NCBI GenBank assembly: GCA_963814035.1
Contig: CAWFBH010000018.1
Coordinates: 57,397 to 121,396 of the forward strand
Source of the DNA: an uncultured delta proteobacterium
GTDB taxonomy: Bacteria; Desulfobacterota; Binatia; Binatales; Binataceae
DNA length: 64,000 nt
Reading direction: 5' to 3'
Of this stretch, positions 31,976-40,285 are shown one piece after another. The notes beneath the pieces are model-generated. The model ran no database searches. It saw nothing but the letters and a program-made list of their open reading frames with translations, and was not told the DNA's origin. The translations under genes and the position numbers were made by a program. The number at the start of each line of letters is the position of its first letter. Positions within the stretch are counted from its first letter, which is position 1.

Positions 31976-32995
31976 ATGAAACTCGACGAACTCGATTATA
32001 ACCTGCCCGAGGAACTCATCGCGCAGGAACCGCTCGCCAAGCGCGACGATGCGCGGCTGCTGGTGCTCAATCGCAAAAGCGGCGAGGTCGAGCATTCGCG
32101 CTTCTACAAACTCGCGCGCTACCTCAACGAAGGCGACCTGCTCATCCTCAACGACACCCGCGTGATGCCCGCGCGAATGTTTGCCAACAAGGAGTCGGGC
32201 GGCCGCGTCGAGATTCTATTCGTCCGTCCGATGACCGAGCGACCGGGTTGCTGGCAGGCGATGGTGCGCGCGCATCGCCCTCTCAAGGAAGGCACCCGCC
32301 TTCTTCTTGATGATGGCCATGCGATCATCGTGCAAGGTTATGCGCGTCCGGGACGTGCGATTGTCGCGAGCGAGAACACCGTGCCGCTCAATGATCTCAT
32401 CCGCGAGCACGGGAAACTCGCGCTGCCGCATTACATCAGCCGCGAGGTTAATCCGGCCGACGCGGAGGACTATCAGACCGTGTATGCCTCGCATGAGGGA
32501 GCGATCGCGGCGCCCACTGCCGGTCTGCATTTTACTGACGAGGTTTTCCGCTCGCTGGCCGAGGCGGGTGTTCGGCGCGCGTTCGTGACGCTGCACATCG
32601 GGCCGGGAACTTTCGCGCCGTTGCGCTCCGATGTGGTCGAGCAGCATTCGATGGAAGCGGAGTGGTACGTGATGCCGCCCGAGACCGTCGAGGCGATCGC
32701 GCATGCGAAGCGGACCGGCGGCCGCATCATCGCGGTCGGCACCAGCAGCGTGCGCACGCTGGAATCACACGCGGTGACGGGCGATACCGAGGGCTTCACC
32801 GGGCTCTTCATTCATCCGGGGTTTCGCTTCAAGCTGGTTGACGCGATGATCACGAACTTTCATATGCCGCGCACGACCGTGCTGGCGCTGGTGATGGCGA
32901 TGGCGGGACGCGACAAAGTTCTCGCCGCCTATCGCGATGCGATCCGGCATCGGTACCGATTCCTCAGCTACGGCGACGCGATGCTGATTCTGTGA
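31976..32995 (+). CDS. queA: SAM:tRNA ribosyltransferase-isomerase
   Basis: LPEELIAQEP, DYQTVYA, AAPTAGLHF, TNFH, YRFLSYGDAM. Confidence 0.97.
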   Translation: MKLDELDYNLPEELIAQEPLAKRDDARLLVLNRKSGEVEHSRFYKLARYLNEGDLLILNDTRVMPARMFANKESGGRVEILFVRPMTERPGCWQAMVRAHRPLKEGTRLLLDDGHAIIVQGYARPGRAIVASENTVPLNDLIREHGKLALPHYISREVNPADAEDYQTVYASHEGAIAAPTAGLHFTDEVFRSLAEAGVRRAFVTLHIGPGTFAPLRSDVVEQHSMEAEWYVMPPETVEAIAHAKRTGGRIIAVGTSSVRTLESHAVTGDTEGFTGLFIHPGFRFKLVDAMITNFHMPRTTVLALVMAMAGRDKVLAAYRDAIRHRYRFLSYGDAMLIL

Positions 32996-33028
32996 AACAA
33001 AGCATGGTCGCAATCCATCCGATTCGTG

Positions 33029-33146
33029 GTAGGGGCCGTTCGCGAACGGCCCGTCAGAATCTTCGATGGCTTTGGTCCTTCGCCAAACAGAATGGAGGCG
33101 CTGCGCGCGATCAGGATTCAACGGGGCGTTCGCGAACGCCCCCTAC
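33029..33146. repeat. GTAG-tagged REP doublet (REPIN-like)
   Basis: GTAGGGGCCGTTCGCGAACGGCCCGT (33029-33054) and inverted ACGGGGCGTTCGCGAACGCCCCCTAC (33121-33146). Confidence 0.85.
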
Positions 33147-33170
33147 CGGGAAGGGCCGGGCGTTGATTTC

Positions 33171-34313
33171 GTGAGCATCGCACCGATCCAATTCCAGATC
33201 ACCGCGCGCGATGGGCTCGCGCGCGCCGGGCGCCTCGTTACCGGACACGGTGAAATCGAGACGCCATGCTTCATGCCGGTCGGCACCCAGGCTGCCGTCA
33301 AAGCGATGTCGCCCGATGAACTATGGAACATGGGCTATCGGCTGATTCTGTCGAATGCCTACCACCTCGCGGTGCGGCCGGGTCAGGATCTGGTCGGCGA
33401 GATGGGCGGGATCGCGAAGTTCATGGGATTTCCCGGCGCGGTACTCACTGATTCCGGTGGGTATCAGGCGATGAGCCTCGCGAAAATCAATTCCATTACC
33501 GAGGAAGGCATTCGGTTCCGTTCGCATCTCGATGGCGCGCCGCTGATGTTCACGCCGGAAAGTGCGGTGCAGATTCAGGAACGGCTCGGCTCCGACATCA
33601 TGATGGCGCTCGATGAATGCACCCCTTTTCCCGCCGACCGGAGTCGCGCGCGCAGCTCATTGGAGATGACCGCGCGATGGGCCGAGCGCAGTCTCCGTGC
33701 GCGAACCAGTTTGACGCAGGCGCTGTTCGGGATCGTTCAGGGCAGTATCTATGCCGACCTGCGTGAGATCAGCGCCCATCAGATCACCGCATTGCCCTTC
33801 GACGGCTTCGCAACCGGGGGCCTTTCCGTCGGCGAGCCGAAAGCCGCGATGCGCGAGATGGCGGAGCTGTCGGCGTCGCATCTTCCCGCTGACAAGCCGC
33901 ATTACCTGATGGGAGTGGGGACGCCCGCCGATCTCATCGCATGCGTGGGGATGGGATACGACATGTTCGATTGTGTGCTGCCGACGCGCAATGCGCGCAA
34001 CGGGAGCGCATTTACGAGCACGGGAAAAATCTCGGTAAAGAGGGCGGAATATGCGCGCTCGCAGTCGCCCCTCGATGCCGATTGCGATTGCCGCCCATGC
34101 CGGACATTTACCCGCGGCTACCTGCGTCATCTATATATGTCAGGCGAGATACTCGCAGCGCGGGCTCTGACAGAGCATAATCTGTACTTTTATCGGCGCT
34201 TGATGCGGGAGGCCCAAGCTGCTATCGCATCGGGCACCTTCAAATCCTTCGCGGACACGACGCTTTCGAAGCTCGCCGCGGACGAAGCTGAGGGACCTTC
34301 AGCGGGCCATTGA
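33171..34313 (+). CDS. tgt: tRNA-guanine transglycosylase
   Basis: TPCFMPVGT, TDSGGYQ, GGLSVGE, DMFDCVLPTR, CDCRPC zinc site. Confidence 0.97.
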   Translation: MSIAPIQFQITARDGLARAGRLVTGHGEIETPCFMPVGTQAAVKAMSPDELWNMGYRLILSNAYHLAVRPGQDLVGEMGGIAKFMGFPGAVLTDSGGYQAMSLAKINSITEEGIRFRSHLDGAPLMFTPESAVQIQERLGSDIMMALDECTPFPADRSRARSSLEMTARWAERSLRARTSLTQALFGIVQGSIYADLREISAHQITALPFDGFATGGLSVGEPKAAMREMAELSASHLPADKPHYLMGVGTPADLIACVGMGYDMFDCVLPTRNARNGSAFTSTGKISVKRAEYARSQSPLDADCDCRPCRTFTRGYLRHLYMSGEILAARALTEHNLYFYRRLMREAQAAIASGTFKSFADTTLSKLAADEAEGPSAGH

Positions 34314-34370
34314 AAGCGTCTTTTCAATGGCCCGCGCCCTCACTCTTATCTCTCCCAGTAGGGAGAGAAG
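34302..34370. repeat. 14-bp hairpin over the tgt stop followed by a CTCTCCC/GGGAGAG palindrome
   Basis: GCGGGCCATTGAAA/TTTCAATGGCCCGC, then CCCTCAC...TCTCTCCCAGTAGGGAGAGA. Confidence 0.55.
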
Positions 34371-34470
34371 ATGAAGGAAGGACAGACAAATTCAGATTCA
34401 GGGTGTTGAATGAGAACGCGGATGGTCAGGCTCGGTCGATGCTCAACACCCTGCTAGGGGACGAAAACTG

Positions 34471-34821
34471 ATGTGGTCGTTGTTCGAAGGAACGGCATGG
34501 GCGCAAGGAGTCGCCGCCGGTGCGCAAGGTTCGGAATACGGGACGCTGATCCAGATGGCGCCGATCGTCGGCATCATCGCGATTTTCTATTTTCTCATCA
34601 TCCGGCCGCAGACGCAGAAGGCTTCGGAGCATACGAAAATGCTCGGTGGGCTCAAGAAAAATGATGAGATCGTGACCACCGGCGGCCTTATCGGCAGGAT
34701 CACAGAACTGGGGGACAAGGTCGTGACGTTGGAGATCGCGCCCAACGTGAAGGTCAAGGTTGAGCGGGCGCAGGTGGCGGGGCCTTCGACCTATGGCAAG
34801 ACGCCGGCCACGAAGTCTTAG
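34471..34821 (+). CDS. yajC: Preprotein translocase subunit YajC
   Basis: IFYFLIIRPQ, LKKNDEIVTTGGLIG. Confidence 0.96.
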   Translation: MWSLFEGTAWAQGVAAGAQGSEYGTLIQMAPIVGIIAIFYFLIIRPQTQKASEHTKMLGGLKKNDEIVTTGGLIGRITELGDKVVTLEIAPNVKVKVERAQVAGPSTYGKTPATKS

Positions 34822-34858
34822 TGGGAAGTCACAAACAAATGCGGGGCGGCGTCTTTTC

Positions 34859-35015
34859 TTGTCATTCTGAGACAAGCGTCAGCGCGGGCGAAAAATCTCG
34901 ATGCTCGCGCTGCCACGGTACTCCGACTGCGGCACCAGCGGATGCGCGAAAGTGCGGCGGCATTCGAGGCATCGGGATTCTTCAACTTCGCGTTCCGCTC
35001 GCTTCAGAATGACAA
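34859..35015. repeat. TGTC/CGTC-type palindromic repeat doublet
   Basis: TTGTCATTCTGA...AAAAATCTC is mirrored by GGGATTCTTC...TCAGAATGACAA. Confidence 0.7.
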
Positions 35016-35038
35016 AGTACAGGCGTTAAGGTTTTCAG

Positions 35039-36703
35039 GTGGAATCAGCAAATCAAAATTTCGCTCCGGTTTTAGTTCTCCTGTCGTTGATCGCGGCGTT
35101 TCTCTATCTCCATTTCACCGGCAGCAGCGGCCGCAGCCGGCTCTATCTTGCAGCGGTGCTGACGGTGGTCGCGGTGGTGCTGCTGCTGCCATCGGCCAAT
35201 TTCGAATTGCCGGATCAGCTTAAATCCTGGATGCCGGGGGCCAAGATTCAGTTGGGCCTCGATTTGCAGGGCGGCACGCATTTACTGATGGCGGTCAAGC
35301 TGGAAGATGCCGTCAGAACGCAGCTCAAGCGGCGCGGCGACGACCTCAAGAAAGAGCTCAAGGACAACAAGATCGACGCTGACATCACGCAGGATGCGAC
35401 CGGAGACCTGGTGGTCTCGATCAAGAACAGCTCCGATGCTTCCGCGTTCAACGACATCGTAACGAAGTCATATCCTGATCTATCGATTGCTTCCGGCAGC
35501 ACCGAATCCGGCGCGCCCGCCTACATCCTCAAATACAAACCGATGCAGGTCAGCCAGATCGAATCCAATGCGATGGACCAGGCGCTGGAAACCATCCGCA
35601 ATCGAATCGATCAACTGGGCGTGCGTGAAACGACCGTCGTAAAAGAAGGCGACAACGAAATTCTCGTGCAGCTTCCCGGCATCCAGGACCCACAGGAGGC
35701 CAAAAATCTCATCGGCAAGACCGCAGTGCTCGAATTCAAGCTCGAAGACGATTCGCATAGCGTGGCGGATGCGCTGAAGGACGGGCCACCTCCCGGTGAT
35801 GAGATCCTCTATGGACAGCCGCAGGCCGGTGGACGTCAGCCGTACCTCGTCGAGAAGCAAACGCTGATGCAGGGTGACGTCGTCACCGATGCGCGCGTGC
35901 GTCCGGGCGGCAAATTCGAGGGCAATTACGTGAGCGTCGAGCTCGATGCGCGCGGGGCGCAGATTTTCGATGCGCTCACGTCAGAAAACGTCGGGCGCAA
36001 ACTCGTCATCGCGCTCGACAATACCGTGTATTCCGATCCGGTCATCCGCGAGCGCATTCCCGGTGGGCATGTGCAAATCACCGGACGTTTCTCGCTGCAG
36101 GAAGCGCATAACCTGGTCATCGTGCTCAAGTCGGGAGCATTGCCGGCGCCGATCGAATTCGAAGAAGAACGTACCGTCGGCCCGTCGCTGGGTCGCGATT
36201 CGATTCGCGCGGGCGAAATTTCCTTCATCGTCGGCGCGTTTTTCGTGCTGGTTTTTATGCCGGTCTATTATGACCGCGCGGGAGTTCTCGCCGACTTCGG
36301 CCTCACGCTGAACATCCTGTTGTTGCTGTGCATGATGGCGGCGCTCGGCGCGACGCTCACTTTGCCCGGCATCGCAGGTATCGTTCTGACGCTCGGAATG
36401 TCCGTCGATGCGAACGTGCTGGTGAATGAGCGCATGCGCGAGGAGTTGCGCAACGGAAAAACTCCGCGCGAAGCGGTGAAGCTGGGATATCAGCGCGCGT
36501 GGGATGCGATCCGCGATTCGAACATCTCAACTTTCATGGCGGGAGTGATTTTGTTTCTTTATGGCGGGACGGGTCCGGTGAAAGGATTTGCGGTTACCTT
36601 GTGCGTCGGAGTGGCGACCGGACTTTTTTCCTGCATCGTTGTAACCCGAGCGTGGTATGATTATCTTATTTCGGCGCGCAAATTAAACACCATTAGTGTC
36701 TAG
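35039..36703 (+). CDS. secD: Protein translocase subunit SecD
   Basis: LGLDLQGG, IRNRIDQLGV, LKSGALPAP, VGPSLG, TLPGIAG, VDANVL, GPVKGFAVTL. Confidence 0.97.
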   Translation: MESANQNFAPVLVLLSLIAAFLYLHFTGSSGRSRLYLAAVLTVVAVVLLLPSANFELPDQLKSWMPGAKIQLGLDLQGGTHLLMAVKLEDAVRTQLKRRGDDLKKELKDNKIDADITQDATGDLVVSIKNSSDASAFNDIVTKSYPDLSIASGSTESGAPAYILKYKPMQVSQIESNAMDQALETIRNRIDQLGVRETTVVKEGDNEILVQLPGIQDPQEAKNLIGKTAVLEFKLEDDSHSVADALKDGPPPGDEILYGQPQAGGRQPYLVEKQTLMQGDVVTDARVRPGGKFEGNYVSVELDARGAQIFDALTSENVGRKLVIALDNTVYSDPVIRERIPGGHVQITGRFSLQEAHNLVIVLKSGALPAPIEFEEERTVGPSLGRDSIRAGEISFIVGAFFVLVFMPVYYDRAGVLADFGLTLNILLLLCMMAALGATLTLPGIAGIVLTLGMSVDANVLVNERMREELRNGKTPREAVKLGYQRAWDAIRDSNISTFMAGVILFLYGGTGPVKGFAVTLCVGVATGLFSCIVVTRAWYDYLISARKLNTISV

Positions 36704-36913
36704 ATGGATGCATAAGATATAAATAAGATGTGTAAGCGCCAGCGCGATGATTTTCTCGACATCGAGTCGAAAAGTAAGAAATGTCTTAAAAAGCCGCCAA
36801 CTATGGTTGGCCAGAGCCTTTAGCCGAACTAAACTTGACAGCGCGAAGAGGCACGTATTAGTAGAAGCGCTTCCACTACGGGACGAGGTCCAAGCCGCTC
36901 CGTTGAACTGACG

Positions 36914-37111
36914 ATGGCCGATAGAGACGACATTCTTTTGAATTCGCGGGAGGTTGCGTTCCTCCTCGACATGAGCCCGGACACGGTGAACGAGTTCGCG
37001 CGCCGCAATATCCTGCCCGCCTTCAAAAAAGGCCGGCAATGGCGGTTTCGCAAACGCGATATCACTTCGGCGAAGCGTCAGCTTACGCGAGGAATCAACG
37101 CCGCCGCTTGA
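36914..37111 (+). CDS. Excisionase/BldC-like HTH_17 DNA-binding protein
   Basis: LLNSREVAFLLDMSPDTV...LPAFKKGRQWRF. Confidence 0.85.
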   Translation: MADRDDILLNSREVAFLLDMSPDTVNEFARRNILPAFKKGRQWRFRKRDITSAKRQLTRGINAAA

Positions 37112-37190
37112 AGCGCAGCAGTTGGGGCGGGGCGGAAAGCTGGGGCCTTTCGCATCTCCTTCCCGCATAACAGACCCCTGGGGATGAGTG

Positions 37191-37802
37191 ATGGCTGAGC
37201 CGCACGAGAGCAAGGTCTATTCTGACCTCGCAATAATCTACGATTCAATTTTTGGCCGGATGTTCGTTGACAGTGAACATTCCGTGATCGACAGCCTCAA
37301 GCTGCGCCCCAATCAGCGGGTCCTCGAAGTGGGAGTCGGCACCGGCATCGCGCTCGATGCGTATCCGCCTTACGTGCACGTGGTCGGCATCGATCCATCG
37401 GCGGATATGCTCAAGGTGGCGCAGAAGAAAGTCCGCGAGAACAAGCTGAGCAACGTCGAGCTGAAGCAGGGTGACGCGCTCAACCTCGATTTTCCCGACG
37501 AAAGTTTCGACGACGTAACGACTTTCCACGTGATGACGGTGGTGCCCGACCCGGTAAAAATGATGCGCGAGATGATCCGCGTCTGTAAGCCCGGCGGCCG
37601 CATCGTGATCATCAATCATTTCGGGAGCGAGAAACCCGTCCTGTACGCTTTGGTCGCGATGATGAATCCGATCACGCGCCATCTCGGATGGACCACGCGG
37701 CTGCGCGCGCGCCACATCCTCGAAGGGCAGCCGATCGTGGTCGAGCGCAACGAGCGCATCAAGCTCTCGGTGCATCGGCTAATCGTGGCGCGCAAAGCGT
37801 AA
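37191..37802 (+). CDS. Class I SAM methyltransferase, PmtA-like (phospholipid N-methyltransferase)
   Basis: YDSIFG, VLEVGVGTG, GIDPSADML, VVPDP, RVCKPGGRIVIINHF. Confidence 0.8.
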   Translation: MAEPHESKVYSDLAIIYDSIFGRMFVDSEHSVIDSLKLRPNQRVLEVGVGTGIALDAYPPYVHVVGIDPSADMLKVAQKKVRENKLSNVELKQGDALNLDFPDESFDDVTTFHVMTVVPDPVKMMREMIRVCKPGGRIVIINHFGSEKPVLYALVAMMNPITRHLGWTTRLRARHILEGQPIVVERNERIKLSVHRLIVARKA

Positions 37803-37816
37803 GGCTCTTTCCGCGG

Positions 37817-38611
37817 CTACGATGCCGCGCCCTGCACGACGATAACGCATCGATCGCCTTCGGGGACCTCGTCGAGGGGAAGGCGGATTTCGTCGGCCAG
37901 CCTCTTACCGACAATCAGCAGGCGGCCGGGGCTCTGTTGCAGCAACTGCTCGAGGCTGCGCTCGCTGAGCACGTCGCTATGAAAGCGGCGGCCGAGCTTC
38001 TTTCTCACGTCGCGAACAATGTCAACCATCTCATCTTCCGCCTGGCGGACACTGTTGGCTACCAGCAACGCATGAAGCCGCGCCTTGTTCGAGCGCGCGA
38101 TGCGGACCGCGAGGTCGAGTGCCGCGCGACCGTCGGCTCCCGAATCCACCGCCGCAAAAATCCGCTCGATCGGTCGATCAGTGCCCTGGATGAAGACGCC
38201 GACGTGAACGGGTTCGTTCTTCGCAGTCGCGAAGACATCGCGCACAACCCCGCCCATCGTGTCCTGTCCTGACTCCGCGCGATGATAACCGAGCAGGATC
38301 CATCTCAGGTTCCCGTCACGCGCCGCGGTGGTGATGTCGGCACCCGGACTCGATGACCATACACCGCGCGGTTCGAGTTTTACGCCGCGGGCCGCCGCAT
38401 ACTCGATAGCCGAGGTTAATGCCGGCGGATGCGGGGGTGCTTCCGATGCGTCGTCGCTGACGCGGCGGACGAAGGCGACCACGCGCGCGGGAGGATCGTC
38501 AGGCGCGGCGGCGGCGAAGGCAATCGCGAGCAGCGGCGCAACCCCCTCAGGGTTCGCGACGGGCACCAATAGCCCGCGTCGTAATGGCACCGCTGTATCA
38601 GAACTATCCAA
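37817..38611 (-). CDS. Tandem USP-like protein resembling the cytoplasmic tail of CPA2/CHX antiporters
   Basis: LLVPVANP, ILLGYHR, GGVVRDVF...VGVFI, ALDLAVRIA; no TM segments. Confidence 0.6.
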   Translation of the reverse strand: MDSSDTAVPLRRGLLVPVANPEGVAPLLAIAFAAAAPDDPPARVVAFVRRVSDDASEAPPHPPALTSAIEYAAARGVKLEPRGVWSSSPGADITTAARDGNLRWILLGYHRAESGQDTMGGVVRDVFATAKNEPVHVGVFIQGTDRPIERIFAAVDSGADGRAALDLAVRIARSNKARLHALLVANSVRQAEDEMVDIVRDVRKKLGRRFHSDVLSERSLEQLLQQSPGRLLIVGKRLADEIRLPLDEVPEGDRCVIVVQGAAS

Positions 38612-38818
38612 CCCCTGAATATCTACTCAAATACGCGGCGGAACCCAAACATGCTGTTCGCCCAGGTTCAAATCCGGATGCGAGGCAAACATATTTTCAC
38701 CAGGGGCGTCATCGCGAATCGCCGCTCATTTAGCCGCCGGTTGGTTTCGATGGCGCCGGTCAAATAGCTTGATGGCCGAGCGCCGACGACTTTAGCTCAT
38801 TCCTTCGCGGAGGTTTCC

Positions 38819-39868
38819 ATGACCACTCGAATTACGTTGGATCGCTACGTCTATGAAGACATTTATCCGGCCTTCAAAGCGGCGACCGACGAAAAGGACA
38901 TAACCGCGAAGATCAATCGCATCTTCCTGAACAGCCTCGCGCAGCGAGGTCTCCTGCTCACCGGCGACCGTCCGGCGATAGTCGCTGACATCGGATGCGG
39001 TCCCTGCGACACGGTCATCAAATATCTGACCGGGGTGAATTTCCCGCCCGGGTTTGTCCTTCGCGCGACCGACTTCATTCCCGAGTATGCCGATGCCGAG
39101 CGGGGAGAGTCGTTGCGGGTCCTCGCGGCAGGGCAAGCCTCGAACGTAATAAAGCTAGTGGATTTTTCAGTTCGCGCCGGCAACGCATTTGGCGGGCAGC
39201 TCCTCGAACTTCTTTCCGGCCCGAATGATGGAACGCGGATGCGAAACGCTTTCCGCATCGTGTTCGCCTCGCATGTGATGTATCACGCGAACGGCGCATC
39301 AGATCTGGAGCGCACCGTCGCGGATATCTCCAGCAATGTCCTCTACCCCGAGGGCGTTTGCATCCTCTACCACATCGCCAATCGACGCGGGACGTTCCAG
39401 GAATTCCGCGCACGTTTCGGCAGCGAAGCCGGCGCCCATAGCGAGAGCGATACCGGGGCGGTTACGATCGATGATCCTCCCGCACAGATAGCCGCCGCAT
39501 GCGCTGCCGTTGGTGTGCCCCTCTATCAAGCGGAATTTCCCACCAGGTTGTTTTTCGGATCGCTCGGCGATGACGAATGGCGCGCGTTCAAGGACCCTCG
39601 CGCGTATGATGCGCTGGCCGATTCCAATCCGGCCGCCTACGAGGATTTGAAGCGGCTCTACTTCGTGATCCAGCGCGCGCCATTGGAGTTTGCCGCTGAC
39701 CATTCACCGACCGGGCTGGAAAGCTTCATGAACGAGGTCCGGGCCGTCATCGAAGCCAATCACGGTGTGCTTCCATCCGCCGAATTGATGCAGGTCTTCA
39801 CTCGCGCCGACGCGCCATCATCATTGACCGAAGCGATTCCCGCCGCAATCGCTTCGAGCATCAACTGA
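38819..39868 (+). CDS. Putative class I SAM-dependent methyltransferase
   Basis: ADIGCGP motif I, FRIVFASHVMYH, GGAGG RBS. Confidence 0.65.
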   Translation: MTTRITLDRYVYEDIYPAFKAATDEKDITAKINRIFLNSLAQRGLLLTGDRPAIVADIGCGPCDTVIKYLTGVNFPPGFVLRATDFIPEYADAERGESLRVLAAGQASNVIKLVDFSVRAGNAFGGQLLELLSGPNDGTRMRNAFRIVFASHVMYHANGASDLERTVADISSNVLYPEGVCILYHIANRRGTFQEFRARFGSEAGAHSESDTGAVTIDDPPAQIAAACAAVGVPLYQAEFPTRLFFGSLGDDEWRAFKDPRAYDALADSNPAAYEDLKRLYFVIQRAPLEFAADHSPTGLESFMNEVRAVIEANHGVLPSAELMQVFTRADAPSSLTEAIPAAIASSIN

Positions 39869-40088
39869 GGTGCGAGGGTGGGAGCCGACGCCAACGCCTC
39901 ATCCTGAAGATATGCTCCCAAACAGTACAACAGTGCAGGCACAAGTGCAGTTTGGAGACAACGGTGTCATCTTCACGACGAGAGCAGCAACAAAGTCGAA
40001 AAAATCCAGTTCCAGCGTAAATTGGTCGTCCGATAAATAAACTGCTTCAAAGCAAAATCAGTACAAACGTTATGCACAATTCTACTTT

Positions 40089-40105
40089 TTGGCGCGTTCA
40101 TTGCT
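40089..40105 (+). promoter_or_regulatory. Sigma54 (-24/-12) promoter candidate
   Basis: TTGGCGCGTTCATTGCT: GG-N10-GC, preceded by an AT-rich tract. Confidence 0.6.
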
Positions 40106-40285
40106 CTCCCGACCAGCGTCCGGGTTAGGACCACGGGGGTCATCGAAACCCGCACCTCCTGCCGCTAGCGATCGCTGACCTCAGCGCGCGTCTGGCGCTC
40201 ATCCTCGCCATACCCCCAGTTCAGGACCTTGCGATGGGGCTCGCTCTGAATCTTCGGCTACCCGGAGCCGGCCCGGTTATGCGCG

